Positions 28,487-38,841 of a stretch of 64,000 bases of DNA are shown here, piece by piece (the stretch's first letter is position 1; each line of letters opens with the position of its first letter). Source of the DNA: an uncultured Planctomycetaceae bacterium (lineage in GTDB: Bacteria > Planctomycetota > Phycisphaerae > SM23-33). The notes beneath the pieces were generated by a model. That model did no database searches, was not told the DNA's origin, and saw only the letters and a program-made list of their open reading frames with translations. The translations under genes and the position numbers were made by a program. Where the stretch lies: positions 649 to 64,648 of the forward strand of contig CAZTVF010000010.1 of NCBI GenBank assembly GCA_964616985.1, given 5' to 3'.

Positions 28487-28807
28487 TCACGCCGCCATTT
28501 CGTATGTCCGCTGCTCGTACGTCGGCACGGTACTCTTTTCGCGAATATGAAGGATGCTGTTAGGCCCGAACGGGCCGTACTCAATGCCGAACGCGGCAAA
28601 GTCGGTGAACCACTGGCCGTCGGCCAGGTAGCGGAACCGATGCGTCCCCGGGGGCAGGCGCAGGCCCGCATGCCACCAGCCGTCGCCGGACGATGCCAGC
28701 TTCAACTCGGTCACCTGCCAGTTCGTGAAATCACCGACGAGGTGAACATTTCTCACGCCCGGCCGAAAGAATCGAAACGTTGCGAGGTCGCCCTTCACTT
28801 CCACCAT
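28487..28807 (-). CDS. CBM48 / AMPK-beta-like glycogen-binding domain protein
   Basis: MVEVKGDLATFRFFRPGVRNVHLVGDFTNWQVTELKLASSGDGWWHAGLRLPPGTHRFRYLADGQWFTD is a clear CBM48/E-set glycogen-binding domain. ~106 aa, standalone. Confidence 0.7.
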   Translation of the reverse strand: MVEVKGDLATFRFFRPGVRNVHLVGDFTNWQVTELKLASSGDGWWHAGLRLPPGTHRFRYLADGQWFTDFAAFGIEYGPFGPNSILHIREKSTVPTYEQRTYEMAA

Positions 28808-29166
28808 GGTTGTCGTCGCCCTTTCCTGCCCCTGTCCCGGCGAACCAAGGCCGGGAAACAAACGGTCTGTGGGGGCGACGAATTGTAGGCCCCCATCAGA
28901 CCGTTGCGGACAAGTCGTCCGCAGTTTCCGTTCGCGGGGGTGACAGCATTCCCACGCCGGTCTGGGTGACGGCCTCGGAAGGCAGCCACCCCTGCGGTCT
29001 GGCAGGCGCTGCAATAGTTGCAGAATGCGTCGTCCGAGCCCCGCTGCAGGCGTAGTAAAGCGTGTGGTGCAGTCGATGCCGGATATGCTTTGAGTGTCGG
29101 CCCCGATTCCGGTATCATCTCTGCCTTGGCGCGGTGCCAGTTAAACCCTCAGCACGGATTGCTACC

Positions 29167-30744
29167 TTGAGCGAAGACCTTCATCACGAATGCGGCGTTG
29201 CTGCGTTGTACTGGCTCGATAAACCCGCCTCCAAGCCCGGCCCCGCGGGCCTGTCCGTCGCCAACGCCGACGTCGTCCCGTTGATGCCGGCGATGCTGCT
29301 GGACCTCCAGAACCGCGGGCAGCTGGCCGCCGGCCTCAGCAGCTACCAGCCCGGCCGCGCACAACTGCTGGACACCTACAAGCGCGTCGGCGGCGTCAAC
29401 GAAGCCTTCCGCATGTCGCACCCCGAACGCCACATTCAGCTGCTCAAGGAATACGCCGGCAAGGCCGTCATCGGCCACACGCGGTACGCAACATGCGGCG
29501 CCGACGACGAGCGGTACGCCCAGCCTTTCGAGCGTCATCATGGCCGCCTGTGGAAGTGGTTCAGCTTCGCGTTCAACGGCAACCTGGCCAACTACGCCGA
29601 CCTTCGGCATCGCATTCTCTCGCGCCGCGACTACCACTTCACGCTCGACACCGACACCGAAATCATCATGCACTCGCTGGCCTACCGCCTGCGTGGGGAG
29701 CGTGCCCCGAGCCTCAAGAACGTGATGGCGTCGCTGGCCCGCGAGTTCGACGGCGCGTACAACATCGTCTTCCTCGACGGCGGCGGCCGCATGTTCGTCG
29801 CACGCGATCCGCTGGGCCTTCGCCCCATGAGCTGGGCGGTGGACGGCAACCTCTTCGCCGCCGCCAGCGAATCCGTCGCCCTGACCAACCTGGGCTTTTC
29901 GAAAATCAAGTCGCTGGAGCCCGGCGAGATGGCGATCATCGAGAAAGGCCGGCTGCGGTTCGAGCGATTCGCCCCCGCCCGCCGGCACGCCCACTGCTTC
30001 TTCGAGTGGATCTACTTCTCCAACGTCGCCAGCGAGATCGACGGCTCGAGCGTCTACATGGCCCGCGCCCGCTCAGGCGAAATCCTCGCCGCGATGGAAG
30101 ACCAGAAGATGGACGCCTCGTGCATCGTCGTGCCCGTGCCGGACACGGCCAAGGCCGCCGCGGACGCCTTCGCTTTCAGCATGGGTATTCCCTCGGTCGA
30201 GGGCCTGATCCGCAACCGCTACCTGGGGCGGACGTTCATCCAACCCTCCAGCACGCGGAACAAGAGCGCCCGCGGCAAATACACGCCCCTGCCGGCGGTG
30301 CTGGCGGGCAAGCGCGTGTTCCTCGTGGAAGACAGCATCGTCCGCTCCACCACGCTCAAGACGCTGGTGACGCGGCTGAAGCGCGACGGCGGGGCCAAGG
30401 AAGTGCACGTTCGCGTGGCCTGCCCGCCGATCGTGGCGCCGTGTTTCTACGGCATCGACATGAGCACGCTGCAGGAGCTGTTCGCGCCGCAGTTCACGCC
30501 CCGCAACTACCGCGGCGCCCCCACCGATGAAATGCTGAAGAAGATGGCCTCGGTTCTGGGCGTCGACAGCCTCCGATATCTGCACGTGGACGACCTGGCG
30601 ACCTGCCTGCAGATCCGCGGCGAGTCGCTCTGCCTGGGCTGCGTCCGCGGCGAATATCCCACCGAATGGGGCCGCCGACTCCTCACCTGCGCCAAGCGGA
30701 ACTCCACCGCCGGCAAGTGCGGCCGCACGTACGAGGCGAAGTAA
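29167..30744 (+). CDS. purF: Amidophosphoribosyltransferase
   Basis: The ECGVAALYW N-terminal nucleophile follows a short propeptide, and the C-terminal PRTase domain has VFLVEDSIVRSTT. The start codon is uncertain: TTG at 29167 or GTG at 29131. Confidence 0.88.
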   Translation: MSEDLHHECGVAALYWLDKPASKPGPAGLSVANADVVPLMPAMLLDLQNRGQLAAGLSSYQPGRAQLLDTYKRVGGVNEAFRMSHPERHIQLLKEYAGKAVIGHTRYATCGADDERYAQPFERHHGRLWKWFSFAFNGNLANYADLRHRILSRRDYHFTLDTDTEIIMHSLAYRLRGERAPSLKNVMASLAREFDGAYNIVFLDGGGRMFVARDPLGLRPMSWAVDGNLFAAASESVALTNLGFSKIKSLEPGEMAIIEKGRLRFERFAPARRHAHCFFEWIYFSNVASEIDGSSVYMARARSGEILAAMEDQKMDASCIVVPVPDTAKAAADAFAFSMGIPSVEGLIRNRYLGRTFIQPSSTRNKSARGKYTPLPAVLAGKRVFLVEDSIVRSTTLKTLVTRLKRDGGAKEVHVRVACPPIVAPCFYGIDMSTLQELFAPQFTPRNYRGAPTDEMLKKMASVLGVDSLRYLHVDDLATCLQIRGESLCLGCVRGEYPTEWGRRLLTCAKRNSTAGKCGRTYEAK

Positions 30745-30843
30745 CGTTCACACCGGCGGCGAGGCGGTTGCTTCGCGGGCGGCCTTGGCGCACAACGCTG
30801 CGCCAGCATGACCGCTTGGCATCCCTGCGTTCCTGCCTCCCCA

Positions 30844-32247
30844 TCACGCGGGCTTTGTTTTCGCCTCGCGGCGGCTGCTGGCCAGCAGCACGAGCAGCAG
30901 CAGCGAGGCCAGCCCGGCCAGCCCCGCCCCAATGCCGAAAGCGATCTTGGGGCCGATGACCGCCCACCAGATGCCGAAGAGCAGGCTGGCGGGCAACGCC
31001 GCCAGGCCGACCGCCCCGTGATAGATGCCGAAGGCGGTGCCGCGGAACTGGCTGGGAACAAAGTCGGTCACCAGGGCCTTCTCGGCCCCTTCGCTCATGC
31101 CGTAGTACACGCCATACGCCAGGAACAGCGCCCAGAACTGCCACGGCTGCGTGGGGTCGATCAAGGCCATGCCCATGTAGACGGCGGCATAGAAGATCCA
31201 TCCGGCGACGATGACGGGGCGGCGGCCCAGGCGGTCGGAGAGGATGCCGCCGGGCAGGCTGAAGACGATCTTGGAGACGTGCAGGACGACCCACAGCAGG
31301 ATGATCGCCTGGAGGTCGAAGTGGAAGAGTTGCTGCGCGTACAGCAGCAGGAACAGGTCGGAGCTGTTTCCCAGCGAGAATAGCGTGACGATGGCGACGA
31401 AGGCATAGAACCGGCCCGGGAGCATCCTCCACACGCTGGTCTTTGCGGCCGCCGCCGTGGCGGCTGGCGCGGGCGCGGGGGCGATCTCGCGGACCCTGAA
31501 TATCAGAGCCGCCATCGCGGCCAGGCCCGGCACCAGGGCCACCGCGAACAGCCACCGCATGGCGGTCATCTCCTCGGGCGGCAGAGGGCCGCTGACGCCA
31601 TGGGAGCCCACGCCCCATCGCCCGTAGCCCAGCACGAGGTACAGCAGGGCCATCGCGACCAGCGGCCCGGCCACGGCGCCGGCATGGTCCATTGCGCGAT
31701 GAAAGCTGAAGGCCAGACCGCGGTTGCCGGCGTCGACGGAGTCGCCGATGAGGGCGTCGCGCGGCGAGGTGCGAATGCCCTTGCCGATGCGGTCGAGGAA
31801 CTTGAGCCCCACCACCTGCAGCCCCGCCCAGGAAAGGCCCACAAGGCCCACCAGCGCCATCATCGGCCGCACCACCGTGCTGGTGCCGTAGCCCATGATG
31901 ACCAGCGCCTTGCGCTTGCCCAGGCGGTCGCTGATGCGGCCGGAGAAGATCTTCAACAGGCTGGCGGTGGCCTCGGCCACGCCCTCCATCATGCCCACGA
32001 AGACGGCAGCCATCTTCTGGGCGGTGCCCAGGTCGCCATAGGCGGCCTGCATGAGGCCCAGGATGAACACGGGCAGCAGCGGGTTCATCATCTCGCTGGA
32101 GAAGTCGGTGAAGAGGCTGACCAGCCCCATCATGAGCACGTTGCCGCGGAGGACCGACCGCCAGGACTTCGGCTCTTTTGCGGCCCGCGCGGCCAATTGC
32201 GGCGCGGGTGATTCAGAGGCGGGGACGCCCTTGTTATCGTCACTCAT
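30844..32247 (-). CDS. MFS transporter
   Basis: 12-TM pattern with MFS motifs (GRISDRLGKRK, LSDRLGRRP). ATG at 32247 with AGGAG 8 nt upstream; the track starts at a GTG 6 nt earlier. Confidence 0.85.
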   Translation of the reverse strand: MSDDNKGVPASESPAPQLAARAAKEPKSWRSVLRGNVLMMGLVSLFTDFSSEMMNPLLPVFILGLMQAAYGDLGTAQKMAAVFVGMMEGVAEATASLLKIFSGRISDRLGKRKALVIMGYGTSTVVRPMMALVGLVGLSWAGLQVVGLKFLDRIGKGIRTSPRDALIGDSVDAGNRGLAFSFHRAMDHAGAVAGPLVAMALLYLVLGYGRWGVGSHGVSGPLPPEEMTAMRWLFAVALVPGLAAMAALIFRVREIAPAPAPAATAAAAKTSVWRMLPGRFYAFVAIVTLFSLGNSSDLFLLLYAQQLFHFDLQAIILLWVVLHVSKIVFSLPGGILSDRLGRRPVIVAGWIFYAAVYMGMALIDPTQPWQFWALFLAYGVYYGMSEGAEKALVTDFVPSQFRGTAFGIYHGAVGLAALPASLLFGIWWAVIGPKIAFGIGAGLAGLASLLLLVLLASSRREAKTKPA

Positions 32248-32462
32248 GAGCACGGCTCCTTTGCGCCATACAAGTAGTAGTCCAGCCTAGTGGGATGTCT
32301 GCATGCGTCTGGCGACGGCTTGCCGTTCGGCGCTGTCGGAGACGGGTGACCGCTTCCGGTTCTACATCGCCGAACGGCAAGCCGCCGTCAAAGGCTTACT
32401 CCCAGACTCGGCCTGCCGTAGGCATGAAGGCCGCCACCTCATCTTTGCAGTGTGACGGATCG

Positions 32463-34388
32463 TCAGCCCGGTAGACCGAGGGCGGCTTGCTTGCGGTATT
32501 CCTTCATGCCCCGCGGCTCGGGGAAGACCTTCTCGAAATCCAGGCCCTGGGCCTTGAACTCGGCTCGCAGGCTGGGGGCGACGTAATCATAGATCGGCTG
32601 CTGCAGTTGCAGATCGAGCAGGCCGAACAGATGCACCCGCGTGCCCAGGTCGAGGTTGTAGCCCACGGCCCGCGGACGGACCAGCAGGTTCATGAGCACG
32701 CCGCGCTGGTACGACTCGAATGTCGCGAGCTTCTGGGCCTGCGGCGCGGCGGCCTGGTACGAGCTGTGGATGCGGCTGGCGTAGCGCAGGTAGCGCCGAT
32801 AGTCGCGATCGTTGCCCTTGAGCTGAAGCAGGTAGGCCGTCTGCAGCGAGGGGCCGATCTGGGCCTCCGCCCGCTCGGGCGTGGGCCGGCCGTCCACGTT
32901 GAGCTTGAACGCGACGAAGTCCTCCAGGTCCATGTCCCACTCGTTGCCGTGAAGGTTGTACTTCGCCTTGAGGTAATTCATGATGCCGACCGCCTGCTCG
33001 TGCCGACCCAGGGGGTAGAGCAGTTCGATCACGTTGACGAGGTAATTCAGGTGGCTGTAGCGGAAGACGTTCTCTTCGGCCACCTCGGTCCGCTCGACGA
33101 AAGACCGTTCGATCAGCCGGTCGAATTCGTCGCAGGCCGGCGAGACGAAGCGCGGATCGAAGAAGAACGTGATGCTCGGATCATTGGGGCGCTGCGGGTT
33201 CTCGACGTACATCAGCCGCCCCCGCCAGGTGAGGTCCTTGAGGCTGTTGAGGATCATGCGGCTGTTGTTGAGCGACTCGATGCGTTCGAGCGATTCCACG
33301 GGCGTATTCTCGACCTTGTGGAAACCGTAGGTGGACCAATAGATCGCGTGCGGCCAGGTCAGCCGCCAGTCCAGCGGGCCGTACTTCTCCATCAGGCCCA
33401 GCATCCACTGGGGGTCCATGCGGTACTTGTTCCACAAGATCTGCGCGCGGATGAAGGCCAGGATCTTGCCGCGTGCGACGGCATGCTCGGGGCTGTTGAT
33501 CAGTTCGGCCACGGCGCGGGCCCGGTCGGGCTGGGGCTCTTTCTGGAAATCAATCGGCGGCGCGTACGGTGCACGGACGGCGCGGAGGCACTCGTCATTG
33601 CCGTAGCGGTTGTACGCGTCCAGCAGCGTCGGATCGATGCCGACCTTCAGATCGGCCAGCAGGCGGGCGTAAGCGGCCACGTCCTTGTCCTGCAGCAGCT
33701 GGGCCAGCGGCCGGGCCTGGATGAGCTCGCGGGCCTGGACGGCGGCGTCCTTGTCCAGCGGGGCCTCGGCGATGGGACGGAAGGCGTCGATGGCCTGCTT
33801 CGTCTCTCCATATGGGGGCGGGGCGAGCAGGTGCTGCATGAGTGTCGCCCATCGGGCCTTGTAGGCCATGTGCATGTCGTCGGTGTGCCCGCCCATCTTG
33901 TGGGCGAAGATCCAGGCCAGTTCCTTGTACAGGCTCAGGGCCCGCGGATTGAGGGCGATGCCCCGGTCGCGCAGCAACGTGATGCCGTTGTTCACCCACA
34001 GCCAGCGGTGATCGGGCGTCTTCTGGTCGGCCGAAAGGTTATAGGCCATGTTCCAGGCCTGGAAGACCCACACGCCGACGAACTGCGGCTGGAGCGTGCA
34101 GATCAGGTCCGCCCTCTCCAGGGCATCGTGAGTGCGGCGCTTGTCCTTGACCATGTGCTCGGTGTCGATCCAGACCCAGGCGAGGATCGGGGCCCGCAGG
34201 CCGCCGGGCAGAAGGCTCAGCGCGACGGCCAAGGCCGAATGCTGCTCGGCAACGATGCCCTCCTTGACCAGGCCGTATTGAACGCTCATCAGGTCGAGCG
34301 AGGGGCGCAGGGCCGCGCTGCCGGTCAGCAGCGCCGCCGCCACCGCCACCCACGACCACTGCACAAGATGCGATCGGATATCACGCAT
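32463..34388 (-). CDS. Hypothetical membrane-anchored protein (641 aa), mostly alpha-helical
   Basis: N-terminal hydrophobic helix WSWVAVAAALLTGSAAL, then a long soluble region with no motif I recognise. Transcribed between the ABC permease and the MFS gene. Confidence 0.6.
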   Translation of the reverse strand: MRDIRSHLVQWSWVAVAAALLTGSAALRPSLDLMSVQYGLVKEGIVAEQHSALAVALSLLPGGLRAPILAWVWIDTEHMVKDKRRTHDALERADLICTLQPQFVGVWVFQAWNMAYNLSADQKTPDHRWLWVNNGITLLRDRGIALNPRALSLYKELAWIFAHKMGGHTDDMHMAYKARWATLMQHLLAPPPYGETKQAIDAFRPIAEAPLDKDAAVQARELIQARPLAQLLQDKDVAAYARLLADLKVGIDPTLLDAYNRYGNDECLRAVRAPYAPPIDFQKEPQPDRARAVAELINSPEHAVARGKILAFIRAQILWNKYRMDPQWMLGLMEKYGPLDWRLTWPHAIYWSTYGFHKVENTPVESLERIESLNNSRMILNSLKDLTWRGRLMYVENPQRPNDPSITFFFDPRFVSPACDEFDRLIERSFVERTEVAEENVFRYSHLNYLVNVIELLYPLGRHEQAVGIMNYLKAKYNLHGNEWDMDLEDFVAFKLNVDGRPTPERAEAQIGPSLQTAYLLQLKGNDRDYRRYLRYASRIHSSYQAAAPQAQKLATFESYQRGVLMNLLVRPRAVGYNLDLGTRVHLFGLLDLQLQQPIYDYVAPSLRAEFKAQGLDFEKVFPEPRGMKEYRKQAALGLPG

Positions 34389-34417
34389 TGGGATCACCTA
34401 CCGAATCAACGATAACG

Positions 34418-36277
34418 TCAAACTTGCACTCGCGCCAGTTCGCGCCGGCGGAACAGGGCGCACCCCAGCGCCATCACCACCAGGCATCGCAGGCCGATGG
34501 TCACCACGGCCGTGAGGCCCACGCCGTCCCAGGGCACGATCAGGCCCTCCACCAGCATGTCCGACCGCCACGTGGAGGCGAAGTCGGGGAGGATCACCGC
34601 CATCACCGCGAAGATGTAGTGCCCCACGCCGGTGATGAAGTCGCTGTAGCCGGGCGTGTATTTCACCGCGTCAACCAGGAACACCCGGGCCATCGTGAAC
34701 GGAAGCAGCGTCAGGCACGACAGCACCGCCACCGGAAAAGACAGGATGCTGCCGGCGAGGATGCCGATGGCCGCCAGGAACACCAGCTGCAGTGCCATCA
34801 AAAGGCATACGCGGACGAAGTTCCATTCAAACGTGTCCTCGCTGAACAGCAAGGCCATATCGTCCCGGTCGATCTGCACCGAGGACGTGGTCATGTTGGT
34901 GAACCGCACGACCATGCGGCCGTCCTGGCTGACGGCGCGGGCGGAGATGGTCAGGGTGATGGGCCGGCCCAGGGGGTCGCGGCGCGGCATCCACTGGCGG
35001 CCGCCCGTGCCGGGGTTTTCGATCTCCCAGAGGCTCTCGATCATCGGCAGTTCCTGGCCGTCGGCCTGCCGCTCGGTCGGCAGATCGCCCGTGGCGGTGG
35101 CGCGGAAGGTCAACTGCAGCACCGGCTCCAGGACGATTTTCGCCTCCTGGTTGACCAGCAGCCCCAGGCCCTGCCCATCGAAGGCCTCGGGCGGGAATCG
35201 CAGAAGGCACGCGCCGGCCTCCACGCCCATCACGCGGCAGGGAGAGTTGTTCAGCAGCACGGGGTAGTCCTGCTGCAGCTTCCGCAGGACCCTGGGCTCG
35301 GCCCGCACGCGGAGCAGTCGCAGGGCCGCGTTGGCTTCCAGCACCGTGCAGGGGGCGACGAATTCCTGCCCGGCTACGCCGACGTGCGAGAATGTCCACG
35401 TCAGCCCGCCCCTCGGGGCGGCCGAGCCCCCCCGCTGCGACACCTGCTTGCGGAGCTCGTCGATCAGCCTCTGGGCGGCCAGCTCCTCATCGCCGCCGGT
35501 GCGCGACTTCCACGCCTCCAGCGCGCCGGCGTAGGCGTTCTCGCGGTGCAGGCGTTCCATCTCGCCCTTGACGTTGATGTCAAAATTGGGATCTGGATCG
35601 GGACGAATGCGGCCGCGAGCGGTGAAGACTTCCGTTTCGATGGCCCGGCGATCCTGGCCGCTGAACGCGGGCTGCGTGCGGAGGTGCTCGGCCACCGCGT
35701 AGATGGCCACCGACGCCCCCGCCAGCAGCACCAGGCCCAGCATCACCACGCCCAGCCAGCGGCCGATCATGTACTGCCAGCGAGGCAGAGGCTTGGTGGC
35801 GGTGATGAAGATCTGCTTATTGCTGACGTCGGAGGAGATGACGCTGCAGCCGAGGAAGATCGTCACGACGCTCACCAGGACCAGCGTCAGGCTCATGCTC
35901 CAACTGAGGAAGGTTCGGATCTTGCCGGCCAGCGTGCCGTCGCCCTTGGCGATGGCCGGGAGGAGGCACAGCATGACCACCAGGAGCACCATGAACAGCA
36001 GGCCGATCTTGGTTCGTATGCACTGGGCGAAGGTCTGCCGCGCCATCGCCCGCACGCCCGAGATCGCCAGCAGCGTCACCGCCTCCAGGCACAGCAGCAC
36101 CGAGCTGGCCACCAGCAACGGCAGGCTGACCTTGCCGGCAGAGAACAGCAAGGGCCCGGCCCACACGGCGGTCACCGACAACAACGCCAGCGACTCGATG
36201 AGGACGAGCACGCCGGTCCAGCTGCGCTTGGCCGCCGCGGTCGACAGATCGTGATAGTTGGGGGCGAGGTTGCTCAT
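34418..36277 (-). CDS. ABC-2-like permease with a ~290-aa extracytoplasmic domain
   Basis: 5 N-terminal TM helices, a large loop, then 3 C-terminal TM helices. Starts 5 nt after the ABC ATPase stop. Confidence 0.6.
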   Translation of the reverse strand: MSNLAPNYHDLSTAAAKRSWTGVLVLIESLALLSVTAVWAGPLLFSAGKVSLPLLVASSVLLCLEAVTLLAISGVRAMARQTFAQCIRTKIGLLFMVLLVVMLCLLPAIAKGDGTLAGKIRTFLSWSMSLTLVLVSVVTIFLGCSVISSDVSNKQIFITATKPLPRWQYMIGRWLGVVMLGLVLLAGASVAIYAVAEHLRTQPAFSGQDRRAIETEVFTARGRIRPDPDPNFDINVKGEMERLHRENAYAGALEAWKSRTGGDEELAAQRLIDELRKQVSQRGGSAAPRGGLTWTFSHVGVAGQEFVAPCTVLEANAALRLLRVRAEPRVLRKLQQDYPVLLNNSPCRVMGVEAGACLLRFPPEAFDGQGLGLLVNQEAKIVLEPVLQLTFRATATGDLPTERQADGQELPMIESLWEIENPGTGGRQWMPRRDPLGRPITLTISARAVSQDGRMVVRFTNMTTSSVQIDRDDMALLFSEDTFEWNFVRVCLLMALQLVFLAAIGILAGSILSFPVAVLSCLTLLPFTMARVFLVDAVKYTPGYSDFITGVGHYIFAVMAVILPDFASTWRSDMLVEGLIVPWDGVGLTAVVTIGLRCLVVMALGCALFRRRELARVQV

Positions 36278-36281
36278 GCGG

Positions 36282-37463
36282 TTACGACTTCCCCTTGCCG
36301 TCGTCCCTGCGGAGAAGCTGGTCGATCACCGAGCGGTCCGCCGGCGAAGGCTTCGTCGGCTGGGGTGCCGGCTCGGCCGCGGGCCCAGGCGGTTGCGCCT
36401 TGGCCTTGGGCGCCATCAGCACGTCGAGCACTTCTTGGACCGGCGGGGCCGGTGCGGCCGGCGCGGGCGCGGCGGGCTCTTGCACCCTCTCCTGCGCCTT
36501 GGCGGCCAGGAGCTGGTCGATCACCTGCCGGGCCTCGGGCGTCTGGCCGCGGAGGAAGTCGGCCACCTTGCCGCCGGCAACGGCGCCGCCGGTGATGACC
36601 TTCTGATCCTGCGCCTCCTGCACAATGCGGAGGAAGAGCGTTTCGAGGCGGTCCCGAGGCCGCGTGACCGATCGCAGATCCTTGCCCGCCTGGGCGAGCA
36701 GGTCGCGGACGCGGCCGATGAGTTCGGGGCCCAGGTCATCGGTAGTCAACTGCGTCAGCTCGCTCTGGGCGAGGAGCTCGTCGATGCTGCCCATCGCGCG
36801 GCGTTTGCCGCCGTAGAGGATGCACACGCGGTCGCACACATCTTCGACGTCGGCCAGCAGGTGGCTGGAGACGATGACCGTCTTGCCGCGCAGGGCCAGC
36901 GTACGGATGAGGTCCTTGAATTCCCGCGTGCCGATGGGGTCCATGCCGCTGGTGGGCTCGTCGAGGATCAGCACGTCGGGGTCGTTGATGAGCGCCTGGG
37001 CCAGGCCGATGCGGCGCTGCATGCCCTTGGAATACTCTCCCACGCGGCGGAAGGCGACGCTCGAGAGCCCCACCATGTCCAGGAGCATGTCGATGCGGCG
37101 GCGGCGCTCCGGACGGGGCTGCTGGAAGAGGCGGCCGTAGAAGTCCAGCGTCTCGCGGGCGTCCAGGAACGGGTACAGGTACGATTCCTCGGGCAAGAAG
37201 CCGATCCGCTTCTTGACGGCGACGTCGGCGGGCGGGCGCCCCAGCACGGCGATCTGCCCTCGCGTGGGAAACAGCAGCCCCAGGATCATCTTGAGCGTGG
37301 TGCTCTTGCCCGAGCCGTTTGGCCCCAGCAGCCCGAAGACCTCGTGCGGCAGCACGTCGAGGTCCAGCTCCGAAACCGCCGTCACCTTTTCGCGCAGCCA
37401 GAAGTCGCGAAAGACCTTGGTCAGCTTTCGGACGGCCACCACGCTGGAGTTGTCTTGTATCAT
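36282..37463 (-). CDS. ABC transporter ATP-binding protein with a Pro/Ala-rich C-terminal tail
   Basis: Walker A GPNGSGKST, signature-like YSKGMQRR, Walker B ILDEPTSGMD. Start MIQDNSSVV at 37463; the longer track ORF upstream is Arg-rich and implausible. Confidence 0.9.
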   Translation of the reverse strand: MIQDNSSVVAVRKLTKVFRDFWLREKVTAVSELDLDVLPHEVFGLLGPNGSGKSTTLKMILGLLFPTRGQIAVLGRPPADVAVKKRIGFLPEESYLYPFLDARETLDFYGRLFQQPRPERRRRIDMLLDMVGLSSVAFRRVGEYSKGMQRRIGLAQALINDPDVLILDEPTSGMDPIGTREFKDLIRTLALRGKTVIVSSHLLADVEDVCDRVCILYGGKRRAMGSIDELLAQSELTQLTTDDLGPELIGRVRDLLAQAGKDLRSVTRPRDRLETLFLRIVQEAQDQKVITGGAVAGGKVADFLRGQTPEARQVIDQLLAAKAQERVQEPAAPAPAAPAPPVQEVLDVLMAPKAKAQPPGPAAEPAPQPTKPSPADRSVIDQLLRRDDGKGKS

Positions 37464-37467
37464 TCGC

Positions 37468-38826
37468 CTACTTCTTGTTCGCGGGGTTATTCGCGTCAGC
37501 CTTCTGGGCGGCCAACATCTGGTTGCGCATATCTTTGGCAATCTCCGGCGGCGTGTTGATCTCAACGATCGTCTTCTGGGTCTTGCTGAAGCTCCACATC
37601 CACTTGACCACCGAGGGTGATTGCAGGATCTCCTGGCGGGTCTGCGTCCATTCGCGGGCCATGAGGAACTGCGGGTTGTTGAGGTACTCCGGCAGCAGTT
37701 GCTCGAAACGCTTCACGCGGGCCTGCACGTCCAGGTTGACCTTGCTCTTGTACCCATCGGCGGCGGCCACCAGCTTGGAGACCTCGCCAGTGGTGGCCTG
37801 GCTGACGAGAATCTCATCGATTCGCCGCAGGATGGCGTCGGCGGCGTTGGCGTCGTCTTCGCGGCGGGCGGTTTCATACTTGCCGATGAGATCCATCTCG
37901 GCGTTGGCCTCGCCGTGCTGCGTGCTCAAGTCGCGCCACGGCTCGCCGACGAACTTGGCGTAGTTGGGCCCGCACACGCCGATCAAGGCGTCGGAGGCCT
38001 CGCGGCGGGCCTTGTCGCGTTCGGCCTCGGCCTGCTGGCCGGCCCGCTGGGCCGCGGCATATTCCGGCAGCGCCCGCACCGGCCAGGTCGACCGCAGCAC
38101 GTTGGGCACCGACAGCGTGATGCCCGCGTCCCGCTCGTTGAGGATCTTCTGCGCCTCGGCCTGCACGTCGTTGCGGAACTTGTCCTGTTCCTGGCCGCTC
38201 ATGAGCCTCTCGGCCGTGCGCATGGCGGCGGCGCGGATGGCCGCGGCGTCAATGGCCGAGCGGACGGCCTTGTCGGCCTCGATGAACAGGTTGGCGTCCG
38301 ACGACCCCAGCCGCACGTTTCGCATGAAGGCCAGCACGTCGGTCACGCGGTATCCGCAGGAAAGCTCCATGTGGATCAGGTACGCGTCGCCCGTCAGCAG
38401 CGCCCCGTCGATGCCCGGGCGCAGGCCCGGGTCCTGCGTGGTGCGCTTGGACAGGTCCAGCGACTTCTCCTCGGCGGTCTCGAACATCCAGAAATCCTGA
38501 ACGTTCAGCGTCTGCTGGCGGACCGGGATGACGGCGATCTGCCCCACCGGGAACGGCCAGGTGTACTGCAGCCCCTCGCCGGTGACGCCCACGACCTTGC
38601 CCAGCACGCTCTTGACGCCCATCGAGCCCGAGGGCACCTGCTTGACGCCCGCGAACAGGAACAGGCCCAAGATGAACACCATCAGCACCGTCAGCAGGCG
38701 GAAGCTGAGGCGCAGGGCATCCGAAAGGCTCTTGGCGGCCGGGTCACGCTGGTGGTCCAGGATCTCGGCCTGGGCCTCGTGCTCGTGATCGCACTCGTCA
38801 TGATGATGGTGATGATGATCTAGCAT
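37468..38826 (-). CDS. SPFH/band-7 protein (HflK/HflC-like) with a native His-rich N-terminus
   Basis: MLDHHHHHHDECDHEHE..., a TM helix LTVLMVFILGLFLFA, and an SPFH-like core (GVKSVLGKVVGVTGEGLQYTWPFPVGQIAVIPV). Confidence 0.8.
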   Translation of the reverse strand: MLDHHHHHHDECDHEHEAQAEILDHQRDPAAKSLSDALRLSFRLLTVLMVFILGLFLFAGVKQVPSGSMGVKSVLGKVVGVTGEGLQYTWPFPVGQIAVIPVRQQTLNVQDFWMFETAEEKSLDLSKRTTQDPGLRPGIDGALLTGDAYLIHMELSCGYRVTDVLAFMRNVRLGSSDANLFIEADKAVRSAIDAAAIRAAAMRTAERLMSGQEQDKFRNDVQAEAQKILNERDAGITLSVPNVLRSTWPVRALPEYAAAQRAGQQAEAERDKARREASDALIGVCGPNYAKFVGEPWRDLSTQHGEANAEMDLIGKYETARREDDANAADAILRRIDEILVSQATTGEVSKLVAAADGYKSKVNLDVQARVKRFEQLLPEYLNNPQFLMAREWTQTRQEILQSPSVVKWMWSFSKTQKTIVEINTPPEIAKDMRNQMLAAQKADANNPANKK

Positions 38827-38841
38827 GTTTTCTCCGTGCGA

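Noticed and set aside
28830-29160. Possible purine/ZTP riboswitch upstream of purF
   Set aside because: I could not recognise the conserved ZTP (pfl) or purine-riboswitch core motifs by eye. The region does contain hairpins and a family-A REP half-site. A covariance-model scan is needed before any call.
38760-38826. His6 as evidence of a synthetic construct or vector contamination
   Set aside because: The run is embedded in native-looking codon usage, continues into DECDHEHE and a TM helix, and no vector-like sequence flanks it. Treated as a native metal-binding tail, though still flagged as a finding.
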